The position numbers were made by a program, and so were the translations under genes. Under the pieces are notes generated by a model. The model ran no database searches, was not told the DNA's origin, and saw nothing but the letters and a program-made list of their open reading frames with translations. From IMG/VR virus record IMGVR_UViG_3300042275_000805: a DNA stretch of 20,472 nucleotides. One strand, given 5' to 3'. The stretch is from an uncultured virus (IMG/VR IMGVR_UViG_3300042275_000805) (taxonomy: Duplodnaviria > Heunggongvirae > Uroviricota > Caudoviricetes). Position 1 is the first letter of the stretch. Each line of letters begins with the position of its first letter. This document shows, one piece after another, positions 1 through 9,515 of this stretch.

Positions 1-2
1 CC

Positions 3-3000
3 TATACAACACAGTCATTCAGTTTACCTGTGTCAGAACAGTCGATTGAAAACAATACTTTGCCGGTGATCACGTCTGATCCCACCGGTCCCGCAACCGT
101 GGGACGTCAGTACCGTTATGCTGTCGTTGCAAGTGATGCCAATGGTCAAACGCTGACCTATTCGCTTGCCAACGGGCCTGAAGGTGCAGTGCTTGATCCT
201 GTGACAGGTGTTTTGACATGGACACCCGTCGATCATCAGGCTGGAACGCACAGCATTGTTATCGAAGTCTCCGATGGCATTGACACTGTGAGTCAGTCCT
301 TCGATCTGGAAGCTGTTGTTGATAGCAATAATTCTGCGCCCGATATCGATTCATTGCCAACTGGTCCGGCGGTGGTCGGTTTGCCTTGGCAGTATGCGAT
401 TCAGAGCAGCGATATCGATGGTGATGAAGTGACTTTGACATTGACCGATGCACCGGGTGGTGCGTTATTGGATGCGCAAACCGGTATTTTGTCCTGGACA
501 CCTGATGCTGACGGACTGTACAGCTTTACGGTGACAGCTGCTGACGGACGCGGTGGTTTGGTAAGTCAGAGTTTTGATCTACTGGTCAATTTGCCTGAAA
601 ACGCAGTCAATACTGCTCCTGTGATTTTAACCACACCGGCAGGTTCAGCCATTGCGGGTGAACTTTATACTTACTCCTTTGCTGCCAGTGATGCGGATGG
701 TGATCCACTTACATACAGTCTTGATACCACCATTGTCGGTATGAGTATTGATGCCCAGACGGGAGTACTGACATGGACGCCGGACAACAGTTTGATTGGA
801 ACCTCACAATCTGTGGTGATACGTGTTGATGATGGGCGTGGCGGCATCTTGACTCAGAGTTTTGATTTGGATGTGGTTGACAATGTCCCGGAAAATAATG
901 CTGCGCCGGTCATTATGTCGACACCATCAGGTTCACCGATGGTTGGGCGTTTGTTCCGTTATCAGGTGACTGCCACTGATGCGAATGGTTCGACGCTGTC
1001 ATATGCGTTAAGCGATGCTCCACAAGGGATGCAGATCGATGCAACGAGTGGACTGTTAACATGGACACCCAGCGATAACCAGCTGGGTGAAGCTTCGGTT
1101 GTACTGAAGGTGACCGATGGCACGAATACTGTCAGCCAATCCTTTACTCTGACGGTACTCAGTGACGCTAATAATAACTTACCAACGATAGGTTCGACAC
1201 CTTACGCGACTGCAGCGGTTGATCGTCCCTATCAGTATCAGGTCGCAGCGGCGGATTCGGATGGCGATGTTCTTCGCTATGGCCTGGTTGATGCTCCGAC
1301 CGGTATGCAAATCAATGAAGCGACAGGCTTGCTTACCTGGACACCGACAAGTGTTCAGGAAGGCGAACATACCTTTGCTATCAATGTCTACGATGGGCGT
1401 GGTGGCGTTACCATTCAGACAGTGAGTTTGCAGGTTTCGGTGCCCAAAGATAATCAAGTGCCGGTTATTGACAGTCAACCGCGCATCACGACACAGATTG
1501 ACACACTTTACCGTTATGACATTTCCGCTAATGATCCGGACGCCAGTGGTAATGAGCAGTTGATTTATACGCTTATCCAGGCCCCATCTGGTATGTCAGT
1601 TGACAGCAGTGGTGCTTTGACGTGGACACCTGACAGCAGTCAATTGGGTAATCATGATGTGGTGCTTGAAGTGACCGATGCGCAGGGTGCATCCCAATCC
1701 CAAAGTTTCACTTTAACGGTGACTCAGGAAGCAACCAATCAGCCACCGGTGATCACATCAAATCCTGATGTCGCTGCAAAGGTTGGGAATACTTATCGCT
1801 ATGAATTAACAGCAAGTGATGCGGATCATGATACCGTGGTCTTCCTGTTGGAAAATGCCCCCCAAGGCATGTCGATAACACAGACTGTTTCCGGTCATGC
1901 AATTTTAACTTGGCAGCCGGATGTCGATCAACTCGGGCAGCATTCCATTGAAATTACGGCCATGGACCCATACGGCTTAAGCACGAGTCAAACCTTCACG
2001 CTTCAAGTTTATGGCGGCAATGCTGCACCGTTGTTCAGTACTATTGCAAACACACAAGCTGTCGTTGGTCAATCCTACAATTACACGGTGAATGCAGTGG
2101 ATCCAGATGGCGATCATGTCACGTATCAATTGCTTGCAGGACCGGGGAACATGAGCATTGACGCAGAGTCCGGTGTGATCAATTTCACGCCGATTGCCAG
2201 TCAGGAAGGGACAATTGACAACATCACCGTTGCAGCCATCGATGAACTTGGTGCCTTTAGCAAACAAACATTTTCGTTGGTTGTTCAGGCTGCTCCGCCC
2301 AATGCACGGCCTGAGATTACTTCCAGTCCGACCACCTTCGCCATTGTGGGGGTTCCTTACGAATATCAGATGCAGGCAACGGACGCAGATGATCCGACTG
2401 GGCAGACATTGACCTACAGTCTGTTGTCAGGTCCTGCTGATGCCAGCTTGGATGCTAATACCGGTTTGCTGACCTGGACGCCGTCTGAATCGACGATCAC
2501 TCAGTTCTCGATTGCAGTATTCGATCCACAAGGCGCAGGTTCGGTTCAGAATTTCTCGATCCAGTCCCGTGCAAACAACGCGCCGGTGATCAACTCCACG
2601 CCCATCGAATCTGTCACTTCAGGTGCGTTGTATCGTTACTCCATTCTCGCAACCGATCCTGATGGGGATGCCATCACCGTGGAACTTGTTGATGGACCTG
2701 CGGGGATGACATTGGATCAGTACAATCGACTGACCTGGAACGGTTCGGATACGGCGGCTTTTGAGCCCGGCACCAGTTACACCGTGACCGTGCGCGTAAC
2801 AGATACCTTCGGTTCGCAGGCAATTCAGACCTTTGACTTGACGGTCGTTGCTGACAATCAAGCTCCGACGGCTTATGTCGTACCTTCCACACAGACGCCT
2901 GCGCTCAATCAACCATTGTCCATCGCAATCGTGGTATCCGACAACGTTGGTATTGCTTCGCGCAGCATCTCCGTCAACGGCACGCCGTTGGCTGTCAATG

Positions 3001-6000
3001 ATCAGGGCATCGCAACCTACACGCCAACTGAGATTGGCTCCTTGCTCATCGAATACTCAGCGACCGATCTTTCCGGCAATACCACCACTGATTCGCTGGA
3101 ACTCTTTGCCTACGATCCGACGGATGTGTCGCGACCTGTGGTAAGCATTGCATCGCCGCTTGATGATGCAACCGTCACCCAGGTGACTGACATTGTTGCC
3201 ACCGTCACCGATGATAATCTCGTCAGCTACACGTTGGCTTATGCTTCTTTGGAGGACATGGTCTTCACCACTATCGCCACCGGTACGGAAAATATCACTG
3301 ATGGCATCCTCGGCCAATTCGATCCGACTATCATTAAGAATGGCACCTATGTCCTGCGTCTGACCGCCGTCGATGCAGGTGGTAACGTGTCAACCGATGA
3401 TGCGTTCCTTGAAGTTGATTCCAATGCCAAGATCGGCAACTTCAGTCTCGGCTTTACCGATCTGTCTACGTCGCTTGGCGGCCTGCCCATCACCATTGGT
3501 CGTACCTATGACACGCTTAATGCGGATGAAGTCGGCGATTTTGGCTATGGCTGGAATCTGGACTTGTTCGAAATGGATATTCGTACCGATGTGGACTTTG
3601 GTGAATCCGAACTTTCGGATATCGGCATTATCCCATCACTTCAACACGGCACACGTCTGCATGTAACATTACCTGACGGCACCAAGCAGAGCTTTACCAT
3701 GCAGGTTGTGCCGATCAACTCAACAGCTGCAGCAGGCTTGTTGGCCTACACATTGAGCATGTATCGTGTTGAATTCGTACCTGATGCGGATAACACTTCC
3801 ACACTCACCACCACCTTGCCTCAACTCCAGGTGTTCATGAATGAATATGGTGAATTGGAAACCGGCGCCGGCATGCCGTTTAACCCTGCTTCACCGTACC
3901 TGGATATCGACTACATCATGACCACGCAGGACGGTACCGAGTTTCTGTTGGATGGCAATACGGGTGAGTTATCCACCATCACGGATCGTCAGGGCAATCG
4001 CCTGGAAGTCTCTGATGACGGTATTCGCACTGTCATGCCTTCCGGTGAAATTGCTGCGGAAATCAGCTTTACCCGTGATCAACTTGGTCGCATCAAACAG
4101 ATCACTGATACTGCCGGTGCAACCATTAATTACACCTATGACACCAAGGGTGATCTCGTCGCGGTCACAGATCGTGTCGGCTCGACCACCACATTCATCT
4201 ACAACCCCGATGAAGCCGCAGGTCGTGAACATTACCTGACGAGTATCGAAGATGCCCGTGGCGTATCCGTCATGAATCTGAACTTCGACGAAACCACCGG
4301 TCGCATCATCAGTCTTGCCGACGCTTCGGGGGCAGCGATTCCGTTTAACTATGATCTGAACCCACCCCAATTACCTGACGGCTACACGCGCGAAACACTC
4401 GCCGATGCCGATGACGTTCCCACCGAAATCATCCGCGACGGCCGTGGCAATACCGTGCGCCAACTCCAACGTCTGTCAGACAACGGCACCGTCAACGACA
4501 CCACCGACGATCTCTGGTCTGTCACCGTCTACGAATACGATGCCAACGACTACCGTACCCGTACCAGTGAAACCTTCCAGGCCACCGGTGATGCTGCCTA
4601 CACTGCATCACCCACCACATGGCTCTCCGAAGCAGATTACGATCCCTTCGGCAACGTGCTTTCCACCACAGATAGTCTGGGCAACACCACCTACTTCACC
4701 TATGACCGCTACGGCAGTCTGCTCACCACTACCGATGCTCAAGGCAACACCACACGCAATACCTACAGCGACACCGGCTTGCTTACGCATACCACAGACG
4801 CCCTGGGCAACGTCACCAGCTATGCCTACGACAGCAACGGCAACATGACTGCTGTCACCGATTCCAATGGCAATGTGGTTTCTACCTTCGTCTATGACAG
4901 TAAAAATCAACTGCTCTCGACGACAGATATCAACGGCAACAGCCGATTCTTCAAGTACGATGACTCTGGCAACCAAACCCATAGTTGGTCATACGAAGAT
5001 GGATACACCACGCTAAGTGTCACTGAGTACGATGCCGCCCAACGTGTCACCGCCAGCTACAGCTACACACTCACCGGCGAATACACCGGCAGCGATAGTG
5101 ACCGCACAGCCATCTTGACCGCCATCCAATCCGCATCACCCACGTCCTACTCATCAAGCACCTACTCCGAAACCGGCCAGGTTCAAACCACCACCGATCT
5201 CTTTGGCAATGTCAGTGAAAGTATGTACGACGTTCGTGGCAATCTCGTCCAATCTCGCTCGCGTGCATACATGGAAAATGGCACGCCCATCTGGTCCGTC
5301 ACCCGCACGTTCTACGATGAAAACGGCCGATCCATCGCTAGTACGTCACCGTTCTTCACCGATGATGCCGGCACATTACTCGCCGATCTCAACGACACCG
5401 ATGAACTCCGCGTCAGCTACAGCATCTACGATGCCCTTGGTCGCGTCATCGAAACGCAATACCTCAAGGGTGTCACCATCGACATCGCGTCCGATGCTGA
5501 GCATGACGGCTTGTATGTCACCAGCTTCACCTATCCCACCACGCCCGACATCCAGACCAGTAGCCAAACCGTCTACGATGCTGCGGGACGAGTCTATCAA
5601 AGTATTTCCAGCACCGGCACGATCACGACGTATGAATACGACACCGCCGGTCGCCAAATCCGTACCACCCTTGATATCGCCCCCGGAAGTGGTGACCCCG
5701 ATGATCAACAAATCACCGAAGTCGAATATGATTCCCTCGGTCGCCAAACCCTCACCCGTGACGCCCTCGGCAACGAAACACGCTACACCTACGACGCACT
5801 GGGTCGCCTTGTTCAAACGACTTATGCTGATGGCACCACCACCAGCACGGAGTATGACAACCTCGGCCGACGTATCAGTGAAACCGACCAACTCGGTCGC
5901 ACCACGCAATACGAATACGACGATGCAGGCCGCACCACTGCGGTGGTGTTGCCCGAAGTCATCGACCCGTTAACCGGTGAATTGACGAATCCGCGTTACG

Positions 6001-8750
6001 AGTACGGCTACGATGATCAAGGTCAGCAGACCAGTATCACCGATCCCAATGGCCACACGACGAACTTCACCTACGATCACCTTGGACGCCAACTCACCCG
6101 CACGTTACCGCTTGGCACACTCACCGGCGTTGAGTCCTCGCACTACGATGACCGCACGTTGGCAGACCTGATCGCTTCGGGAGACGACGTGACCACCTCC
6201 ACCGCTCTGGGCCAAACCGCCTACATGGTCGACTTCGAAGGCAACGTCACCGGCTATCTCTATGACAACTCCGCCCTCGGCTCCGGCCGCACCACACAGG
6301 TCACCTACTATGCCGCCGACGATCTGGCTGCCGCTGGCATCACCATCGCCGTCGGCATGACCCCCGCACAAATCCGTGCAGCTCTCGCCGTCATCACCGC
6401 CGCCCGCACCGTCAGTTACACGTATGACGATGAAGGCCGCATTATCGAAATCAACGACACTGCTCGTGGTTCCGGGGGCGGTATCATCACCAATACCTAC
6501 AACGACGAAGATCAACTCATCCGCATCGCATCACCCGAAGGCATTATCAACTACGCCTACGACGATCTTGGCCAGCTCACTCGCGCATGGACAGGCAATA
6601 CCCCCGGAAGCCATGACGGTGGCACGCCCACCACGGAGACAGTGTATACGTATGATGAACTTGGCCGCATGGCCACGGTGAGAGCAACCTACCGTGCTGG
6701 GATTATCACAACTGAGCCCGCCACCATTTATCACTACGATGCACTTGGCCGCATTGCAGCCATTGAACGTCCCAACAACGTGACAGCTCAGTACCTGTAT
6801 GACAGCATGAGCCATGTGACTGCGGTTTACAATTTTATCGACAGCAATACGAACCAGATGTATGATGCAGGCGGAGGCGATACGCTGGTGAGTGTCTTCG
6901 AATACACCCATGATGCCTATGGTAATCGTTTGGCTGCAACAGAGTCATTCGACACCGACAACGACGGCATGATCGCTGTGGCTCAGGGAGATACGGTGCA
7001 AACCTACACATGGCAATACGACGCATTGAACCGTCTGGTCTCCGAGTCGTTTGATAGTCAACTGGACGACACGCTGGATTACACGGATACCTTTACCTAC
7101 GATCTTGCGAGCAATCGTCAAACACTTGAACATGACGCTGGTAGTGATGGCATGACTTCTGCCGGTGATGAAACCACCAGTTACTTCTATGACGCCAATG
7201 ACCGGTTATTGGCAGAAATCAAAGACAATGCGACTTCCGAGGATGGTGATACCCAAGATACATATACAGAATATACCTACGAGAATACGCTGCAAACAGG
7301 TAAGACGGTTTACGAAGGTACGGACAATAGCGGGAATATTACCAGTAACACGAACTATCTCTATGACGCAACCGGGCGAATGATCGGCGTGGATACTGAT
7401 GGTGATCATATTGCTGATCAAATATATATCTACGACGTTAATGGTGTTCGCGTCAGTCAAACGGATGTCGCCACCGGCAAACATACGATCTATCTGATCG
7501 ATCCACAAAATCCCACTGGCTATGCTAAGCAGATTGAGGAACATATCATCGACGTAGGCGTGGATATGTTATCGCGTTCTTATACGTTGGGCCTGATGAT
7601 CCACGCACAAACGGATCATATCGCAGGTTTGGCAGGCGATGCTGGCACGACACTGTATTTCCTGCAAGACGCTGCCGGCCACACGCGAGCCTTGCTCAAT
7701 GCGATTGGTCAATATGCCCGCACCGCTGACGCAGATCAGGTTGCCCAAATTCTAAGCTACACAGCCTACGGCGACCTGCATAACATCACGCAATCCCAAG
7801 CCCTCACCAGTTGGCAGCGTGCTGACGGTATGTACGACCAGACTACCGGCTTAACCAACCACATCCTGCGATGGCGTGAGGGTGCAAGGTTCCTGTGTCT
7901 GGATTCGTACAGTGGGAATAATCTGTCGCCGCTTAGCCTGCATAAATATATCTATGGCAATGCCAATCCGATTATGGGTGTGGATCCGAGCGGTGAAATG
8001 GCATTTACTATTGGGGCACCTGTTTTGTTTGCGGTTACAGTTGGAATTGCATTGTATATAACTGCTCCTGCGGCTCATGGAATATTTACAGCAAAACCAA
8101 ATGTTGGCCCTAGAACCATTCCGATTGTTATTCATGTCAACACATTTGGCCAACCAAGTAAACGGCCAATGAATCTGTGGAAAATTCAGCAAATGATGAA
8201 AACATCTATTGAGCCATCATTAAATCCAGCTGGTTCTGTTGATAAAATTGCTCTTCAATTAAGAAGAGCATATGCACCACCTGTTACAGGCCTAGGGTGG
8301 ACAAATGTTGGAAACCCGTCACCATGGTGGTATATGATTGCTCCAACCGGATACTTTGGACGAGCTGTTGGTTCAAGATTTTCTTACCTACGTTCTCGGT
8401 GGGATGGTTATATGGAGTTTAACACAAAAGCGAGCGGGATTTTCGCAACAACTCACTCCTCTAGAAGTTGGTACAATCCTAGAGCATATACATCATATGA
8501 CGAAATTACAACTGTTTATGCAAAAACTGTAAGCTCTGCAACGACTTGGCACGGCTGGATGTATCCCAATATGCTTGCACATGAGCAAATTTATCTTGGT
8601 GCTTTTAATGGGACCGACAACAACCCTTTGTACGGATCTGGTTTTTCGTTAAATTCAGGGTCAGGCCTGTCGTATCAACTGAACCCAGTCCCTATACCAA
8701 TTAATGCGGCATGGATCAAACAATTCAGGAGTGATATTGGTGCTAAATAA
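3..8750 (+). CDS. Giant Rhs/YD-repeat polymorphic toxin with N-terminal cadherin-like (putative Ig/He_PIG) repeats; 5'-partial
   Basis: The frame is open from nt 3 (YTTQSFSLPV, matching the end of the internal repeats), so GTG at 30 is not the true start. Ten ~95-aa repeats (NxxPxIxSxP...YxYxxxAxDxDGDxLxY...IDxxTGxLTWTP...QxFxLxV) run to ~2855, then two more Ig-like units. YD repeats (YxYDxxGR) span ~3930-7900, the Rhs terminal motif NPIMGVDPSG ends at 7994, and an AT-richer C-terminal extension follows. Confidence 0.95.
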   Translation, partial: YTTQSFSLPVSEQSIENNTLPVITSDPTGPATVGRQYRYAVVASDANGQTLTYSLANGPEGAVLDPVTGVLTWTPVDHQAGTHSIVIEVSDGIDTVSQSFDLEAVVDSNNSAPDIDSLPTGPAVVGLPWQYAIQSSDIDGDEVTLTLTDAPGGALLDAQTGILSWTPDADGLYSFTVTAADGRGGLVSQSFDLLVNLPENAVNTAPVILTTPAGSAIAGELYTYSFAASDADGDPLTYSLDTTIVGMSIDAQTGVLTWTPDNSLIGTSQSVVIRVDDGRGGILTQSFDLDVVDNVPENNAAPVIMSTPSGSPMVGRLFRYQVTATDANGSTLSYALSDAPQGMQIDATSGLLTWTPSDNQLGEASVVLKVTDGTNTVSQSFTLTVLSDANNNLPTIGSTPYATAAVDRPYQYQVAAADSDGDVLRYGLVDAPTGMQINEATGLLTWTPTSVQEGEHTFAINVYDGRGGVTIQTVSLQVSVPKDNQVPVIDSQPRITTQIDTLYRYDISANDPDASGNEQLIYTLIQAPSGMSVDSSGALTWTPDSSQLGNHDVVLEVTDAQGASQSQSFTLTVTQEATNQPPVITSNPDVAAKVGNTYRYELTASDADHDTVVFLLENAPQGMSITQTVSGHAILTWQPDVDQLGQHSIEITAMDPYGLSTSQTFTLQVYGGNAAPLFSTIANTQAVVGQSYNYTVNAVDPDGDHVTYQLLAGPGNMSIDAESGVINFTPIASQEGTIDNITVAAIDELGAFSKQTFSLVVQAAPPNARPEITSSPTTFAIVGVPYEYQMQATDADDPTGQTLTYSLLSGPADASLDANTGLLTWTPSESTITQFSIAVFDPQGAGSVQNFSIQSRANNAPVINSTPIESVTSGALYRYSILATDPDGDAITVELVDGPAGMTLDQYNRLTWNGSDTAAFEPGTSYTVTVRVTDTFGSQAIQTFDLTVVADNQAPTAYVVPSTQTPALNQPLSIAIVVSDNVGIASRSISVNGTPLAVNDQGIATYTPTEIGSLLIEYSATDLSGNTTTDSLELFAYDPTDVSRPVVSIASPLDDATVTQVTDIVATVTDDNLVSYTLAYASLEDMVFTTIATGTENITDGILGQFDPTIIKNGTYVLRLTAVDAGGNVSTDDAFLEVDSNAKIGNFSLGFTDLSTSLGGLPITIGRTYDTLNADEVGDFGYGWNLDLFEMDIRTDVDFGESELSDIGIIPSLQHGTRLHVTLPDGTKQSFTMQVVPINSTAAAGLLAYTLSMYRVEFVPDADNTSTLTTTLPQLQVFMNEYGELETGAGMPFNPASPYLDIDYIMTTQDGTEFLLDGNTGELSTITDRQGNRLEVSDDGIRTVMPSGEIAAEISFTRDQLGRIKQITDTAGATINYTYDTKGDLVAVTDRVGSTTTFIYNPDEAAGREHYLTSIEDARGVSVMNLNFDETTGRIISLADASGAAIPFNYDLNPPQLPDGYTRETLADADDVPTEIIRDGRGNTVRQLQRLSDNGTVNDTTDDLWSVTVYEYDANDYRTRTSETFQATGDAAYTASPTTWLSEADYDPFGNVLSTTDSLGNTTYFTYDRYGSLLTTTDAQGNTTRNTYSDTGLLTHTTDALGNVTSYAYDSNGNMTAVTDSNGNVVSTFVYDSKNQLLSTTDINGNSRFFKYDDSGNQTHSWSYEDGYTTLSVTEYDAAQRVTASYSYTLTGEYTGSDSDRTAILTAIQSASPTSYSSSTYSETGQVQTTTDLFGNVSESMYDVRGNLVQSRSRAYMENGTPIWSVTRTFYDENGRSIASTSPFFTDDAGTLLADLNDTDELRVSYSIYDALGRVIETQYLKGVTIDIASDAEHDGLYVTSFTYPTTPDIQTSSQTVYDAAGRVYQSISSTGTITTYEYDTAGRQIRTTLDIAPGSGDPDDQQITEVEYDSLGRQTLTRDALGNETRYTYDALGRLVQTTYADGTTTSTEYDNLGRRISETDQLGRTTQYEYDDAGRTTAVVLPEVIDPLTGELTNPRYEYGYDDQGQQTSITDPNGHTTNFTYDHLGRQLTRTLPLGTLTGVESSHYDDRTLADLIASGDDVTTSTALGQTAYMVDFEGNVTGYLYDNSALGSGRTTQVTYYAADDLAAAGITIAVGMTPAQIRAALAVITAARTVSYTYDDEGRIIEINDTARGSGGGIITNTYNDEDQLIRIASPEGIINYAYDDLGQLTRAWTGNTPGSHDGGTPTTETVYTYDELGRMATVRATYRAGIITTEPATIYHYDALGRIAAIERPNNVTAQYLYDSMSHVTAVYNFIDSNTNQMYDAGGGDTLVSVFEYTHDAYGNRLAATESFDTDNDGMIAVAQGDTVQTYTWQYDALNRLVSESFDSQLDDTLDYTDTFTYDLASNRQTLEHDAGSDGMTSAGDETTSYFYDANDRLLAEIKDNATSEDGDTQDTYTEYTYENTLQTGKTVYEGTDNSGNITSNTNYLYDATGRMIGVDTDGDHIADQIYIYDVNGVRVSQTDVATGKHTIYLIDPQNPTGYAKQIEEHIIDVGVDMLSRSYTLGLMIHAQTDHIAGLAGDAGTTLYFLQDAAGHTRALLNAIGQYARTADADQVAQILSYTAYGDLHNITQSQALTSWQRADGMYDQTTGLTNHILRWREGARFLCLDSYSGNNLSPLSLHKYIYGNANPIMGVDPSGEMAFTIGAPVLFAVTVGIALYITAPAAHGIFTAKPNVGPRTIPIVIHVNTFGQPSKRPMNLWKIQQMMKTSIEPSLNPAGSVDKIALQLRRAYAPPVTGLGWTNVGNPSPWWYMIAPTGYFGRAVGSRFSYLRSRWDGYMEFNTKASGIFATTHSSRSWYNPRAYTSYDEITTVYAKTVSSATTWHGWMYPNMLAHEQIYLGAFNGTDNNPLYGSGFSLNSGSGLSYQLNPVPIPINAAWIKQFRSDIGAK
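51..2855 (+). repeat. Tandem array of ten cadherin-like/He_PIG protein repeats (~285 nt unit)
   Basis: Repeat starts NNTLPVI, NNSAPDI, VNTAPVI, NNAAPVI, NNNLPTI, DNQVPVI, TNQPPVI, GNAAPLF, PNARPEI, ANNAPVI; recurrent DxDGD and LTWTP motifs. Confidence 0.85.
7995..8750 (+). other. Variable C-terminal toxin domain of the Rhs protein (~251 aa)
   Basis: Directly follows DPSG; abrupt shift to AT-rich codons; begins with a hydrophobic segment (FTIGAPVLFAVTVGIALYI). Confidence 0.8.
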
Positions 8751-9372
8751 CTTGTTTGCTTTTAAAAAATATTTTTGTGTACCATTATTGTTTTGTGTAT
8801 TTACATTGTTAGTGTTTTTGGCAGTCAAGTGTTTATTTTTTTTAAACAATGACGGCAGCAGTGGCATTGCTAGATATTTAGATGCAGTTCAAAATGATGT
8901 GATATACGACGATAACCATGTGGTCGTTGGAATAAATTTCAATCATTTGGTTTTTTCGGATTTTTTGGTAAATGAGATTGTTCGTGAAAAATCAATACAT
9001 ACTATATATATGTATAAGTGTGTTGTTCGAGAGAAACAGTTTTTGAAACTTATTGGCTCTTTAAAAATACAGTATTTGTCAGTCCCCGGGTGCGCAATAG
9101 ATAATTCGTGCAGAAATCATCTGCTTCTCAGTAAAGATTTGGTTTTATTAAATGTGAGTGAGTCTGGATGTACAGGAGAAGATATTGTTAAGTTGTCGGA
9201 GATAAAAAGCCTAAAGTCGCTAATAGCCAATGGTATTTTAATATCGGATGTAGAACTGAAAACTATAGCTAATAAACGTTCAGATTTAAGCGTTCTTACG
9301 GATATAGGTTGCATTGAAAATGGAGAAATTACACTGTGGAAAGGGGAGGCAGAAAGGGGACATTCTAAATAA
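8740..9372 (+). CDS. Putative cognate immunity protein: N-terminal TM helix plus LRR-like repeats
   Basis: Overlaps the toxin stop. AGGAG at 8727-8731 precedes in-frame TTG 8737 and GTG 8740 (the ORF track start of 8704 is less likely). Very AT-rich. TM segment YFCVPLLFCVFTLLVFLAV; LxxLxLxx-like units (IQYLSVPGCAI, LVLLNVSESGCT, LKSLIANGILI). Confidence 0.7.
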   Translation: MLNNLFAFKKYFCVPLLFCVFTLLVFLAVKCLFFLNNDGSSGIARYLDAVQNDVIYDDNHVVVGINFNHLVFSDFLVNEIVREKSIHTIYMYKCVVREKQFLKLIGSLKIQYLSVPGCAIDNSCRNHLLLSKDLVLLNVSESGCTGEDIVKLSEIKSLKSLIANGILISDVELKTIANKRSDLSVLTDIGCIENGEITLWKGEAERGHSK

Positions 9373-9374
9373 TT

Positions 9375-9515
9375 GACATCGCCGATGAAACGACAAGCTA
9401 CACCTACGACCTCAATGGCAACTTGGACATGCAGGTCACCGAGTGGAACAATGTCGCGTCAGACTACGATTACGACACAATGAATCGCCTGACGCACTTA
9501 ACGCACTTCGTGGAT
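9375..9515 (+). pseudogene. Orphan Rhs/YD-repeat fragment, truncated
   Basis: Translates DIADETTSYTYDLNGNLDMQVTEWNNVASDYDYDTMNRLTHLTHFVD, colinear with EPATIYHYDALGRIAAIERPNNVTAQYLYDSMSHVTAVYNFID (6714-6842). No start codon. Similarity stops at TGTAG (9516). Confidence 0.75.

Noticed and set aside
30..32. GTG as start of the Rhs gene
   Set aside because: The frame is open upstream, encodes the end of another repeat, and lacks an RBS or signal peptide.
5203..5973. 256-aa alternative-frame ORF and other ORFs nested in the Rhs gene
   Set aside because: Ser/Pro/Thr-rich shadow frames caused by the biased codon usage of the YD repeats.
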